In this document: one piece after another, positions 8,700-18,324 of the stretch
How the letters are laid out: each line of letters begins with the position of its first letter
Numbering within the stretch: the stretch's first letter is position 1
DNA from: a candidate division WOR-3 bacterium
GTDB taxonomy: Bacteria; Hydrothermota; Tepidihabitantia; Tepidihabitantales; Tepidihabitantaceae
Assembly (NCBI GenBank): GCA_030612625.1
Contig: JAUWNN010000002.1
Span: 1 to 39,634 of the forward strand
DNA: 39,634 bases
Reading direction: 5' to 3'
The notes under the pieces: model-generated
What the model saw: only the letters and a program-made list of their open reading frames with translations
Databases searched by the model: none
Told to the model about the DNA's origin: nothing
Translations under genes and position numbers: made by a program

Positions 8700-9074
8700 A
8701 TGGCAAAGGACGCAGACAAACGAATCAAGACCTGGGAAGCGAAGTTCAACACCCAGCGCGTCAAGGAAACCCTGGACGACCTGCGCGGACAGATGCTCAT
8801 TCGGGTGCATGGAGCCTTTGCTGCCTTGTGCTCGATGGAGGAACAGGTAAGACAGGTACTGAACAGCGCCGCTGTGCCGACGATTCTGTACGTCGCCTAC
8901 CTGGACTATGCCCGGCAGTTGTACAAGCTGTCGATGCAGAAAAACATCTCGGGCGACTCCTTTGCCCGCGAAGCCCAGGTGCTGCTTGAGAAGTGGCAGG
9001 GCCGGAGTCTTGACCCTGAAATCCTCGCGAAAATTCTGCACGATGTGTTTAACGTAGCCTTAACCGGAGGCTGA
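8700..9074 (+). CDS. Small alpha-helical protein resembling the SIRV2-type (Adnaviria) DNA-wrapping major capsid protein
   Basis: RBS AAGGAGG, ATG at 8700, 124 aa; motifs R..W.AKFN, S.EE.V..VL, Y..Y, SG, DPEIL align by eye with the rudivirus MCP as recalled. Confidence 0.7.
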   Translation: MAKDADKRIKTWEAKFNTQRVKETLDDLRGQMLIRVHGAFAALCSMEEQVRQVLNSAAVPTILYVAYLDYARQLYKLSMQKNISGDSFAREAQVLLEKWQGRSLDPEILAKILHDVFNVALTGG

Positions 9075-9126
9075 GGAAATCAGGTAGACACGCCGCGCCG
9101 GACCATGTTCTGGGCCAAGTCTGGAC

Positions 9127-9747
9127 CTAGACTTCAGGCTCGGGCAGGCTGAGCGCTTCGCGGATGGTGTCGGCAGAGAAGCCGCGGCGGACAAGCAGAG
9201 CGTAGAGTCGTCTTTTGCGCACATCCGGTTCGAGCCGGGCATAGCGAATGCGGTATTTCTTGACCAGTTCCTTTGCCCCTGCCAACTCGTCCGGCGCATC
9301 AGCCAGTGCCCGGTCAATCTGCTGTTTCTCAACCCCAAGCTTGAGGAGTTCGCCCCGCACCTTCCACTTGCCCTTTTTGCCGATGTTCATCCGGTCCTGG
9401 GCGAAGTCGTGAGCGAACTGGGCATCATCAACCAGCTTAAGCTCCAGCAAACGGGCAATCGCAGCCTCAATGATGTCAGGTTCGAACTTCTTGCGTGCGA
9501 GCCGGTCGCGCAGTTCCTTCACAGTCCTTGCCCGGTAGGAAAGCAGGAGCACCGCATACTCCTTGGCTTTGCGCAACTGTTCTTGCCGGGTGATGCGCTC
9601 GACATCCTGCTCGGTAAGCTCCATCCCAGGCTCAAGCCCGAGCTCAATTACCGTCTTCCCGTCCAGAGAAAAGGAATAAGCCCGGTCGAGGAAAACCGAA
9701 TACCGCCGGCTATTCCTTCTTTGGGGCTTGAGCCGGGTGACTTTCAT
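9127..9747 (-). CDS. recX: Regulatory protein RecX
   Basis: [29 protein letters not shown]; directly downstream of recA. Confidence 0.92.
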   Translation of the reverse strand: MKVTRLKPQRRNSRRYSVFLDRAYSFSLDGKTVIELGLEPGMELTEQDVERITRQEQLRKAKEYAVLLLSYRARTVKELRDRLARKKFEPDIIEAAIARLLELKLVDDAQFAHDFAQDRMNIGKKGKWKVRGELLKLGVEKQQIDRALADAPDELAGAKELVKKYRIRYARLEPDVRKRRLYALLVRRGFSADTIREALSLPEPEV

Positions 9748-10759
9748 TTGCGGCTAGCTTGGGCCTCGTGATATTCAGCTTCTCATACAGAGTCGCTTCA
9801 GCCTTTTCCGCCTCTTTGGGATTCTCCTTAAGGAATTCAACCGCCGCATCCCGACCCTGGCCGATGCGTTTGTCTCCGTAAGCATACCAGGAACCGGACT
9901 TGGAAAAGATCCCGTGCTCCACGCCAAGGTCCACCAGTTCGCCGTACCGGGAAATGCCTTCGCCGTACATCAGGTCGAATTCGGCAATCCGGAACGGCGG
10001 AGCAGCCTTGTTCTTGACGACCTTCACCCGGCACCGGTTGCCGACAGCCCTGTCACCTTTCTTGATAGTGGCAATACGACGGATATCCAGCCGCATCGTC
10101 GCATAGAACTTCAGGGCCAGACCGCCCGGCGTAGTTTCCGGGCTGCCGAACATCACCCCGATTTTATGCCGAATCTGGTTAGTGAATATCGCGCAGGTCT
10201 TGGACCGGCTCGTAACACCGGAGAGCTTCCGCAGAGCCTGGGACATCAGCCGGGCTTGGAGCCCAACGTGCGCGTCGCCCATCTCGCCTTCGATTTCGGC
10301 CCTGGGCACCAGAGCCGCGACCGAATCAATGACAAACAAATCAAGCCCGCCCGAACGGGTAAGGATTTCGGCAATCTCCAGAGCCTGCTCACCGGAATCA
10401 GGCTGAGAAACCAGCAACTGGTCCACATCAACACCCAGAGCCCCAGCATAAGTCGGGTCCATCGCATGCTCGGCATCAATGAAAGCTGCCTTGCCGCCCA
10501 GCTTCTGGCACTGGGCGATTATCTCGAGCGCCAGCGTGGTCTTGCCTGAAGCTTCAGGCCCGAATATCTCGATGAACCGGCCGCGCGGCACCCCGCCGAC
10601 GCCGACTGCCGCATCAAGCCCGATTGAACCGGTCGGAATCGCCTCAAGCAAAACAGCGGCGTGCTCGTCGCCCAACCGCATAATCGAGCCTTTGCCGAAC
10701 TGCTTTTCAATCTGTCCCAGTGCGATGCCTAAAGCTCTGTCTTTGTCCTCTTTGGCCAT
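9710..10759 (-). CDS. recA: Recombinase RecA
   Basis: [54 protein letters not shown]. Confidence 0.99.
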   Translation of the reverse strand: MAKEDKDRALGIALGQIEKQFGKGSIMRLGDEHAAVLLEAIPTGSIGLDAAVGVGGVPRGRFIEIFGPEASGKTTLALEIIAQCQKLGGKAAFIDAEHAMDPTYAGALGVDVDQLLVSQPDSGEQALEIAEILTRSGGLDLFVIDSVAALVPRAEIEGEMGDAHVGLQARLMSQALRKLSGVTSRSKTCAIFTNQIRHKIGVMFGSPETTPGGLALKFYATMRLDIRRIATIKKGDRAVGNRCRVKVVKNKAAPPFRIAEFDLMYGEGISRYGELVDLGVEHGIFSKSGSWYAYGDKRIGQGRDAAVEFLKENPKEAEKAEATLYEKLNITRPKLAANESHPAQAPKKE

Positions 10760-10798
10760 AGTTCCTCCAGTGTTGCGAACAAGTCACCTGCTTGTGGC

Positions 10799-10826
10799 AG
10801 TATAGAAACGGCATGGTGAAAGTCAA
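10799..10826 (-). promoter_or_regulatory. recA promoter TTGACT-N16-TATACT
   Basis: Minus-strand hexamers at 10826-10821 and 10804-10799. Confidence 0.6.
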
Positions 10827-10835
10827 GCATACGGA

Positions 10836-12215
10836 CTACTCTGCGACCACCACCTTGGCTTGATGAATCCCGTTGCCGGTATCAAGCACCAGGAAGTAGG
10901 CACCGGTCTGCAATCCGGCCCGGCCAAGAGGCACCGAATGGTTGCCGCAGTCAAGATTCGTGTCCACCAATTGCCTGACTTTTCTTCCTGCCGCATCGAA
11001 CAGGGAAATCCGCACCGGCCCGGGCTTGCGTATACTGAACCGGACCATTGCCGTGGAAAACACCGGATTGGGCGAAACCTCAAGCATCGGCATGGACTGT
11101 GGCTTTGGCCTTTCCTCAACCGCCTGACCCGCATCTTGCCTGATATGATAAACGTATTTGGTCTGGTTGCGGCCGTACGTCCCTTGCTCGAATATCACAT
11201 GGGCCCGGTCATGCGAATCTACACAGATTTTCGGCCCGGCGACCCTTATCGGGTCATACTGAATGACTGTGTCAGAAACCAGGGTCAGAACCGAGTCAGG
11301 CACTGGCTGGCCACCGGTATCCAAATCCCCGCGCAGCGCCGTGTAGAAGATATTGTGAGCACCGGTCGCACCATCAATATAAACGATTCTCAGATTGCCT
11401 GAACTGTCCAAAGCCACATTCGGGTCCCAGCGCGCCGAGCCCTGGGCAAACACCGACTGGCCCACCGCGACCGAACCATCAGGCCTGAGTTTAAGATAGC
11501 GTAACTGGTCACCCGTGGTCCAAGTCCGGAAAACGAAGTGAATGCAGGTGTCAGGCGTTGCGACAACTCGGGCATGGGACATGATGAAGATGCTCGCCAG
11601 CGTATCCCAGGCCCAGGTCGCGCCTTTGTCAGTAGAAATACCATAAACCAGATGCTCCCGGTCGTCAGCGTATGTGCAGTGCAGCCAGCCGCGTGGGTCA
11701 ATAGCAAGACTGGTGCGGCCGGACCACGGGTCTCCGGTATGGATGGTCTGCAACCAGACAATACGCTCACCGTTCGGCCCGAGCCGGGTGAACTTGATGT
11801 TGCTTCCCCGGGCATGGGTGGTGCTGACGCAGTTGGAATCATCAGTAACACCCGCGTCCATATGCGGGCTGTCAGCCGGGCCCTGACCCAGCAGCGGTTG
11901 GCCCACGTAGATGTTGTTGCCCTCCGCGTCCTGCACAATCGGCTGGTACTCATACCCGGGCCAGACCATGACCGACCGTATCGTGTCGCCATCATCGTTG
12001 AGCACATACAAGTCATGCTCAGGGTCGGACTGCGAGTAGTTGTACCGACAAACTGCACAATAGACCGTGTCGAACCGGTCAACCCCGATGCGGACATTCA
12101 GCCACCAGTAATCCCAGTTGACACGGGTAGCGACCAGCTTGCGCTCGGTCCAGAAACTCTGGGCCGCAGCAACCGCCACAAGAACCACCAGGCAAACCAG
12201 AACTGTCTTCTTCAT
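10836..12215 (-). CDS. Secreted beta-rich protein (BNR/Asp-box-like) with C-terminal sorting domain
   Basis: Signal peptide MKKTVLVCLVV; STDKGATW; tail VSPNPV...FDAAGRKV...GAYFLVL...KVVVAE. Confidence 0.8.
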   Translation of the reverse strand: MKKTVLVCLVVLVAVAAAQSFWTERKLVATRVNWDYWWLNVRIGVDRFDTVYCAVCRYNYSQSDPEHDLYVLNDDGDTIRSVMVWPGYEYQPIVQDAEGNNIYVGQPLLGQGPADSPHMDAGVTDDSNCVSTTHARGSNIKFTRLGPNGERIVWLQTIHTGDPWSGRTSLAIDPRGWLHCTYADDREHLVYGISTDKGATWAWDTLASIFIMSHARVVATPDTCIHFVFRTWTTGDQLRYLKLRPDGSVAVGQSVFAQGSARWDPNVALDSSGNLRIVYIDGATGAHNIFYTALRGDLDTGGQPVPDSVLTLVSDTVIQYDPIRVAGPKICVDSHDRAHVIFEQGTYGRNQTKYVYHIRQDAGQAVEERPKPQSMPMLEVSPNPVFSTAMVRFSIRKPGPVRISLFDAAGRKVRQLVDTNLDCGNHSVPLGRAGLQTGAYFLVLDTGNGIHQAKVVVAE

Positions 12216-12667
12216 AATTGCTCCCTTCGGTTTATTGCTTTCACAGCCTGTTTCTCCAAATCATATAACCGGAACCGAATCGCCTTGAGCTTTGCGCTCT
12301 GGCGTGGCTCCTCTATTTTCAACACTTCCTCCAGCACCCGGGCCGCTTCTTCGGCCCGCTTGAAATTAGCCAGCAGCACATCTCCCAGGCTCTTACGCTT
12401 CAAGCGGTCGAATCGGTCACCTCGGCCCAAGTCCTTTTCTGAGTCCCGGCTCAGCACAACCCGCTTCCGCAACGCCCGGGTTTCTTTCCCGACCCGGGTC
12501 CGCAGCGCCCGGATACTGCGCAGCAACCCTTTGCGCTCAAGCCCGAGCCGCACCACATCCTCAACCACCCGCAACCCTTCGGTCAACCGGTTCAGGTTGA
12601 CGTCAATTATCCGGCCGGTCCTTGAGAACACCGCGTTTAGCTTACGCCTGACCGGCCATCTAGTCAA
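12212..12667 (-). CDS. Stand-alone ThiD2-like protein (N-terminal domain of long thiamine-phosphate synthases); start may be GTG 12631
   Basis: RIIDVNLNRLTEGLRVVED...RDSEKDLG...ANFKRAEEAARVLEE...RFRLYDLEK. Confidence 0.75.
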   Translation of the reverse strand: MTRWPVRRKLNAVFSRTGRIIDVNLNRLTEGLRVVEDVVRLGLERKGLLRSIRALRTRVGKETRALRKRVVLSRDSEKDLGRGDRFDRLKRKSLGDVLLANFKRAEEAARVLEEVLKIEEPRQSAKLKAIRFRLYDLEKQAVKAINRREQL

Positions 12668-12688
12668 GGCGACAGCCCTGCAGGCTGA

Positions 12689-13648
12689 TTACGACTTTGA
12701 CCGCAGTGGAAAGATGTAAGCAAAGCTCCTCTTCCCTGCCGGTAGAATGCCCTTCAGATTCTGCTCTACCTGCTCCTGTGTGACGCCGCTCGCAACAATC
12801 GTCCCTTCAAGCGTGGCAAACCACCCTTGAGTCAGACCAATCTCACGTAATCGCCTCCGAAGCGACCGGGCGTGAATCCTGCCCATCTCCTGGTGGTAGA
12901 ATGCAAGCAAAGCTCTATTCTCACTGACCAGACGCTCTATGTCATCCCAGTGCCGCTCCCGGCTGTCCTTGGTTTTCAGATACGCCTTCAGCAATCTGAT
13001 GTCGCTGTCATCTGACGGCTCGGTCCTGAACGGCAGAGAAGTGATAATGCCGAATCTCGCCTTCGCTTCCGCATAGGCATCGGCGAAACTGCGCCGGAGT
13101 CCGGGACCGATGCGCACCCGATAGCTCTGGATGAGACCGTCGTACACGATTCGTCCTTTGAAAGGCAGAAGAACAGCCTCAAGCATCACCGGGGGCTCAA
13201 GCTGGAGAACTTCGTCAAATGGTTGGTTGAGCGCCAGCACCCCATAGGCCCGGTGTGGAGAACCGCTGTCCAGGAAGACCGCATGTTCCCTGAGGTACTT
13301 AAACAGAATAAAGTGGTCTTTGACAGAATGGTTCCAGCCTTGAACAATCTCCAATTCCTCAGCCGGGAATCCGCACGGATTCTCCTGGAGGTAGGAGTTG
13401 ATAAGCCCTCTGTTCCGCCACAGGACGTCTCTGATTCGGACCTTCGCCTCCAGTGGCAGTTTGTAGAATTGCTCCCTGGTCGTAACATTGCTGACCTCAG
13501 GCCTGCCGCCTCGGGCAGGCCTGAAGGATTCCGGATTCCGACCTGATTCCAATGTCAGTCCGACGTCCATCTTGTGCCGGTTGGCATAGACCAGAAGGTC
13601 AGTATGCAGTCTGTAGAACAACCTGACGTCTTCCGGGGATAGTATCAT
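12689..13648 (-). CDS. Hypothetical protein
   Basis: 319-aa ORF with RBS AAGGCAGGA and globular composition (LLPFKGRIVYDG motif); short palindromic insertion near the N-terminus. Confidence 0.7.
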   Translation of the reverse strand: MILSPEDVRLFYRLHTDLLVYANRHKMDVGLTLESGRNPESFRPARGGRPEVSNVTTREQFYKLPLEAKVRIRDVLWRNRGLINSYLQENPCGFPAEELEIVQGWNHSVKDHFILFKYLREHAVFLDSGSPHRAYGVLALNQPFDEVLQLEPPVMLEAVLLPFKGRIVYDGLIQSYRVRIGPGLRRSFADAYAEAKARFGIITSLPFRTEPSDDSDIRLLKAYLKTKDSRERHWDDIERLVSENRALLAFYHQEMGRIHARSLRRRLREIGLTQGWFATLEGTIVASGVTQEQVEQNLKGILPAGKRSFAYIFPLRSKS

Positions 13649-13688
13649 GTCCTGCCTTCGTCCGACTGCATTCCCATCAACGGCCTCC

Positions 13689-15380
13689 CTATCGCTTCAC
13701 CAGTTGCAGAACACCGGTGCTTGTATGGCCACCGGCCACGAGCCGGCAGAAATACGTGCCAGCTCCAACCTCTCTGCCGAAATTGCTTCTGCCGTCCCAA
13801 GTCGCAGTGTGCCGGCCGGACTCCTGCATCATGTTCACCAGTGTCCTGACCAGCTTGCCGGTGATGTCGTACACCTTCAGGCTCACGTCGGGCCCGGCTT
13901 TTGACTGATACCTGACCTCGGTCGACCGGGTGAAAGGATTAGGAAGGATCTGCACAAGTCCCGATCCGCCCCCTCGAACCCTGGAACCCTCGAACCCTGG
14001 AACCCTCTCCTCCGCGACCCCGACGTAGGTCCGGGGATTGAAGCCTGTGTTCCACAGGTTGTGCCGGAACGTGCCCCATTCGACGTTGCTCGTGTCATAG
14101 TCTCCAGCCAGGTCCCAGACAAAAAGCGAATCATTCAGTGAGCCGATGAGTATTTCCACGTCCCCATCTAGGTCCAGGTCGGCCAGGCACGGTGAGGACC
14201 TTGACCAGCCGGTGGGGAGCGGGTATCCGGGAAACAGCTCGCCAGTGTGATGCCAGACATAGACCCCGGAGTACGCACCACCGACAATCTCGATGTCGCC
14301 GTCGCCGTCAACGTCCCCAAGCGCCGGCGTGCCCTGCGTGAACGACCCGGTTTCCTGGGGCCAGCCTTCAACCCGCGTACCGTCGTGATGCCAGGCGTGC
14401 ATCTTGCGTCCCGCAGACCCGCATACAATCTCAATGTCACCGTCCCCGTCGATGTCGCCCAGGGCCGGTGACGAACGCTGATTCCCGTACCCCATCGACT
14501 GGGGCCAGCCTTCAACCGCGGTGCCGTCGTGATGGAATGCATACACCCGTTCCGACGTCGTGGCGAGGAATACCTCCAGGTCGTCATCTCCGTCAATGTC
14601 AGCCAGGGTCGGCGATGATTCCACCAGCCCGGATACATGAACCGGCCAGCCCGGAACGATAGTCGCGTCCGCGTTGAACGCCCACAGGCCGTGCGAATCC
14701 CTGCCCCCGACCACGATTTCCAGGTCGCCATCACCATCCAGGTCTCCAATCGCGGGCGTCGAAGCCACGGCAAAATGGTCAACCGAATCAACCGGCCAGC
14801 CTTCGTAGATGGTCCCGTCATGGTGGAAGACATAGAACCGGGCCGGGATATACCCGTTGTTGCCGTTCAGGTCACGGAACGTACCGATGGCAATCTCCAG
14901 GTCCCCATCACCGTCCAAATCAGCCAGGGCCGGCGAACAGGAAGCACCGTCATCGTCGCCCAGGGACTGCGGCCACCCTGTCTCCAGGGAACCATCGGAC
15001 TTGTACACGTACAGTTGCGACCGCTGGCCGGCAATCACGATTTCCATTTCATCGTCCTCGTCAATGTCGGCAATCGCCGCGGTCTGGCTGGCGTACCCGC
15101 CGACCGAAACCGGGAACCCGGTCGCCACGGTTCCGTCGTGGTTGTAGACCCGCAGACTCTGCCCGCCGCCGATCAGCACTTCCATATCACCGTCCCCGTC
15201 GATATCGGCAACCTGGGCCGACGTCTCACTGCTATTCCCGCCGGTGTGCACCGGGAACCCCTGCTGATACGGCGGGGCCGAATCGGTCGCAACACCAGGC
15301 TCACAACCACCTGCCCTGGCCGGCTGAACGAACGCACCGACCAACAACGCACCCAGGACTACAATCATGGTCCTAAACAT
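13689..15380 (-). CDS. Secreted FG-GAP/VCBS repeat protein with C-terminal sorting domain
   Basis: RBS GAGGAG; signal peptide; about eight SPALGDIDGDGDIEIV...GWP repeats; tail PNPF...YDITGKLV...GTYFCRL. Confidence 0.9.
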   Translation of the reverse strand: MFRTMIVVLGALLVGAFVQPARAGGCEPGVATDSAPPYQQGFPVHTGGNSSETSAQVADIDGDGDMEVLIGGGQSLRVYNHDGTVATGFPVSVGGYASQTAAIADIDEDDEMEIVIAGQRSQLYVYKSDGSLETGWPQSLGDDDGASCSPALADLDGDGDLEIAIGTFRDLNGNNGYIPARFYVFHHDGTIYEGWPVDSVDHFAVASTPAIGDLDGDGDLEIVVGGRDSHGLWAFNADATIVPGWPVHVSGLVESSPTLADIDGDDDLEVFLATTSERVYAFHHDGTAVEGWPQSMGYGNQRSSPALGDIDGDGDIEIVCGSAGRKMHAWHHDGTRVEGWPQETGSFTQGTPALGDVDGDGDIEIVGGAYSGVYVWHHTGELFPGYPLPTGWSRSSPCLADLDLDGDVEILIGSLNDSLFVWDLAGDYDTSNVEWGTFRHNLWNTGFNPRTYVGVAEERVPGFEGSRVRGGGSGLVQILPNPFTRSTEVRYQSKAGPDVSLKVYDITGKLVRTLVNMMQESGRHTATWDGRSNFGREVGAGTYFCRLVAGGHTSTGVLQLVKR

Positions 15381-15563
15381 CCTGTCTCCTCGTTATGCTG
15401 ACGCTATTCTACCGATTCTACTCGCAGCTCTAACCGTTATCCTGTCGAATACGGAACGCACGCCTGGTCGGAACGACCATCACTCACGCGGACGCGCCTC
15501 CTGAGCCGCCAGCCAGCATAGAGAAGAGATTCAGCCTGTCAAGTGGATTTCGGCCGCGAGCCG

Positions 15564-16496
15564 TCAGGCAGAACCACCAGGCGTTCCGCGATCGGCGGCG
15601 TCCTCAGGCTCGATATGAACCACGATGCTGGCGATGTCCGGAAGCGCCAAGCGGACTTTTTCCTCCACGCGGGTAGCGATGTCGTGACCCTGCTTGACCG
15701 TGAGTTCCGGGTCAACCTGGATGTGGACGTCCATTTCGACGAGCCCGCCCGAACGCCGGGCTCGAAACGCATGGAACCCGGCCACGCCCGGTATGCCGGA
15801 GATGATTCGCTCCACCCGGCGCTGCACCTCAACTGCTGGAGCCCGGTCGGTCAGGTCATGCAGCGCATCGCGGATTATGCGGATACCCACGACAACCAGG
15901 AAAGCCGCGAGCACCACAGCGGTAAGGTGGTCCAGAAATGCCCAGCGCGGGCCGCCGACAAGGGTCCCGGCAATCCCGGCCGCCACCGCAATTGAGGAAA
16001 AGGAGTCGGTCCGGTGGTGCCAGGCATTGGCAACGAGCGCGGGATTGCGGTATTTCCGGCCGACCGACCGCGTCACCCAGAAGAGCGCTTCCTTGAGAAC
16101 AATTGAGCCGACCGCAGCCCAGAACGGGAACCAGTTCGTCGGACCCGGATGGTTCTCGCCGATAGTCACGATACTGTGAATCGCTACGTAGAGCGCAGCC
16201 GCCACGAGCAGAATCCCGACGAACAAAGCAACGATGGTCTCATACCGCGCATGACCGTAATGGTGGTCGGCATCGGCCGGCACCTTGGCCGCGCGGATTC
16301 CCCAGAGCACCGCGAAGTCACTGGCAAGGTCGGAAAAACTGTGCAGGCCGTCGGCGATGAGCGCAGTCGAGTGGCTCGCAAGCCCAATGCCAGCCTTGAC
16401 GACCGCCAAGGCGATGTTTGCAACTAGGCCGGCCAGAGTGACCCGCCGTTCCTCGCGCAGGCGGGTGGGGCCAGCAGATAACTTTCGACTCTGCAC
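15564..16496 (-). CDS. Cation diffusion facilitator (FieF-like) transporter
   Basis: ALIADGLHSFSD, HHYGHARYE, ANAWHHRTD, DVHIQVDPELTVKQGHDI, VVHIEP. Confidence 0.93.
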   Translation of the reverse strand: MQSRKLSAGPTRLREERRVTLAGLVANIALAVVKAGIGLASHSTALIADGLHSFSDLASDFAVLWGIRAAKVPADADHHYGHARYETIVALFVGILLVAAALYVAIHSIVTIGENHPGPTNWFPFWAAVGSIVLKEALFWVTRSVGRKYRNPALVANAWHHRTDSFSSIAVAAGIAGTLVGGPRWAFLDHLTAVVLAAFLVVVGIRIIRDALHDLTDRAPAVEVQRRVERIISGIPGVAGFHAFRARRSGGLVEMDVHIQVDPELTVKQGHDIATRVEEKVRLALPDIASIVVHIEPEDAADRGTPGGSA

Positions 16497-16504
16497 TGCC
16501 TACC

Positions 16505-16532
16505 AAGGTATCCTGCTTCGGCTACCTGTCAA
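16505..16532 (-). promoter_or_regulatory. Promoter TTGACA-N16-TACCTT for the CDF gene
   Basis: Minus-strand hexamers at 16532-16527 and 16510-16505; GTG start at 16496. Confidence 0.5.
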
Positions 16533-16621
16533 GCGTTCCCGTGCTGGCCGGTAGCTATCCTGCGCCTTGTCCGGCGAGCGGGTCGTATCAGGTAGCCGTT
16601 ACCAGTCGGTCCCGGCAGGAG

Positions 16622-16664
16622 TTGACATTGAGATGCATTATTGTATCATTGCACCATGATGCAT
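16622..16664 (+). promoter_or_regulatory. Promoter TTGACA-N16-TATCAT overlapped by an inverted-repeat ArsR operator
   Basis: Arms ATGCATTATTGT (16633-44) and ACCATGATGCAT (16653-64), 10/12 complementary, straddle the -10 box and start codon. Confidence 0.65.
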
Positions 16665-16994
16665 ATATCTAATGATACACATCTGACAACACTCCTGGCT
16701 GCTCTCGGGAACGACCACCGGATTGAAATTGTCGAACTGCTACGTTCGGGCGAGCGTTGCGTCTGTGAAATTACACCCCATCTCGGCATTGACGCGTCGG
16801 TGGTTTCCCGCTACCTGGCGATACTGGTGCACACCGGCGTCCTGCGTTCCCGGCGCGAAGGCCGTAGAGTCCTCTATCAGATTGCCGACCACCGGGTGCT
16901 GCGGCTGCTTGATACCGCCCGGAGCATGACCGAGCACCCGGACAAAGGCAGGCCGGTCGGGCCGAAGGTCACCAGAGAAGCCATCAGATGCTGA
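16656..16994 (+). CDS. ArsR/SmtB family transcriptional repressor
   Basis: AALGNDHRIEIVELLRSGERCVCEI...SVVSRYLAIL..TGVLRSRREGRRVLY. Confidence 0.9.
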   Translation: MMHISNDTHLTTLLAALGNDHRIEIVELLRSGERCVCEITPHLGIDASVVSRYLAILVHTGVLRSRREGRRVLYQIADHRVLRLLDTARSMTEHPDKGRPVGPKVTREAIRC

Positions 16995-17689
16995 CATCGC
17001 TCCTGGCCAACGCTGAGAAGCTTATCAACACCCAACCGTTGCTTGCGGTGCCGGTCGTGTTCCTGGGCGGGCTGGTAACCGCGCTGAATCCATGTGTGCT
17101 CGCTTCTATCCCTCTGGCAATTGGCTTTGTCGGCGGGTATACCAGAGGCAGGAGCAAGTCCTATGCATTCCTTTTGGCACTGTTCTTGTTCCTTGGATTG
17201 GCCGCGGCGTTCACCCTGCTCGGGATAATTGCCAGCCTGGCCGGCACGCTGTTCGGCACCACAAGCAAGTTCTGGCCCTGGTTGATTGTGGTAGTCTGCC
17301 TAGTCATGGGCATTCAGATACTGTTCTTTCCGAACTTCGAAATCCCGATGCCGCGCGGCCTGACTCCAAAGACCGGTGGAGTCGTCGGCGCCTTCCTACT
17401 CGGTGGCCTGACCGGGCTTATCGCGACGCCGTGCGCGATGCCCATCCTCGCTGTCCTGCTCTCCTACGTCGCCTCCAAGGGCAATGTGGTCTACGGCGGA
17501 CTGCTGCTCCTCACCTACGCGCTGGGTCACTCAGTGCTTGTCCTGGCAGCCGGGACATCAATCGGCCTGGCCGAGGCGATGGTCAACTCAAGAGGCCTGA
17601 AGAAAGCCTCAACTATCATGAAAAAGGCCTCCGGCGTCCTGCTGTTGCTGGTCGCCGCATACTTCCTGTATGAGATACTCAAAAGATAG
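16988..17689 (+). CDS. CcdA/DsbD-beta family thiol-disulfide transporter
   Basis: Hydrophobic; ALNPCVLASIP and ATPCAMP redox cysteines; YALGH. Confidence 0.9.
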   Translation: MLTSLLANAEKLINTQPLLAVPVVFLGGLVTALNPCVLASIPLAIGFVGGYTRGRSKSYAFLLALFLFLGLAAAFTLLGIIASLAGTLFGTTSKFWPWLIVVVCLVMGIQILFFPNFEIPMPRGLTPKTGGVVGAFLLGGLTGLIATPCAMPILAVLLSYVASKGNVVYGGLLLLTYALGHSVLVLAAGTSIGLAEAMVNSRGLKKASTIMKKASGVLLLLVAAYFLYEILKR

Positions 17690-17705
17690 GACAGGAGGAA
17701 TCGAA

Positions 17706-18317
17706 ATGAAGCGTTTCATCATTGTGGTGCTGGCCGGGACCTGGGCTCTGTTGACCCAGCCCGGTTGCGGCGGTGCAGGTCCAGGGCCGGCAGCAAAGCC
17801 GGATTCGTTAGAACCAACCGTGGGCGAAGTGCTCGGCATATCAGCAAAGGCGGATTCCGTGACCCCGTTGGCGGACGACACGGCCGCTACCGATGCGGTC
17901 AATGCAAGCCAGCCTCAGGCTGAACAGCCTCAACCGGCAGGAGGCAACCTGAAACCAGCGGTCGAGAAGCCGAAGGAGCCACCGAAGGAGAACTCCCCTC
18001 CCGAAGTTGAGCAGCCGGCTCAGGTTCCCGAGAAACCGAAGCCGCTCCCACGAATGTGGGACTACGGGGCGGACAACTGTCTGCCCTGCATTCAGATGGA
18101 GCCCATCCTGGATCAGCTTGCCGAGGAGTACGAAGGCAGGATAGACATCAGGGTTATCAACGTGTATCAGCAGGGAGACTTGGCCCGGATGGCCAGGATT
18201 CAGGTTATCCCGACCCAGGTTTTCATCGACTCGGACGGCAAGGAACTGTTCCGTCACGTCGGGTTCTACCCCCGCGACTCTATCGTCGCCAAGTTCCGGG
18301 AGTTCAGCTTCGAGTAG
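17706..18317 (+). CDS. Exported thioredoxin-family (lipo)protein with Pro/Glu-rich linker
   Basis: RBS AGGAGG; signal peptide ending PGC; DYGADNCLPC; IPTQVFID..GKELFRHVGF. Confidence 0.85.
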   Translation: MKRFIIVVLAGTWALLTQPGCGGAGPGPAAKPDSLEPTVGEVLGISAKADSVTPLADDTAATDAVNASQPQAEQPQPAGGNLKPAVEKPKEPPKENSPPEVEQPAQVPEKPKPLPRMWDYGADNCLPCIQMEPILDQLAEEYEGRIDIRVINVYQQGDLARMARIQVIPTQVFIDSDGKELFRHVGFYPRDSIVAKFREFSFE

Positions 18318-18324
18318 GCTCAAG

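Noticed and set aside
10760-10830. LexA/SOS box upstream of recA
   Set aside because: No CTGT-N8-ACAG or GAAC-N4-GTTC palindrome visible.
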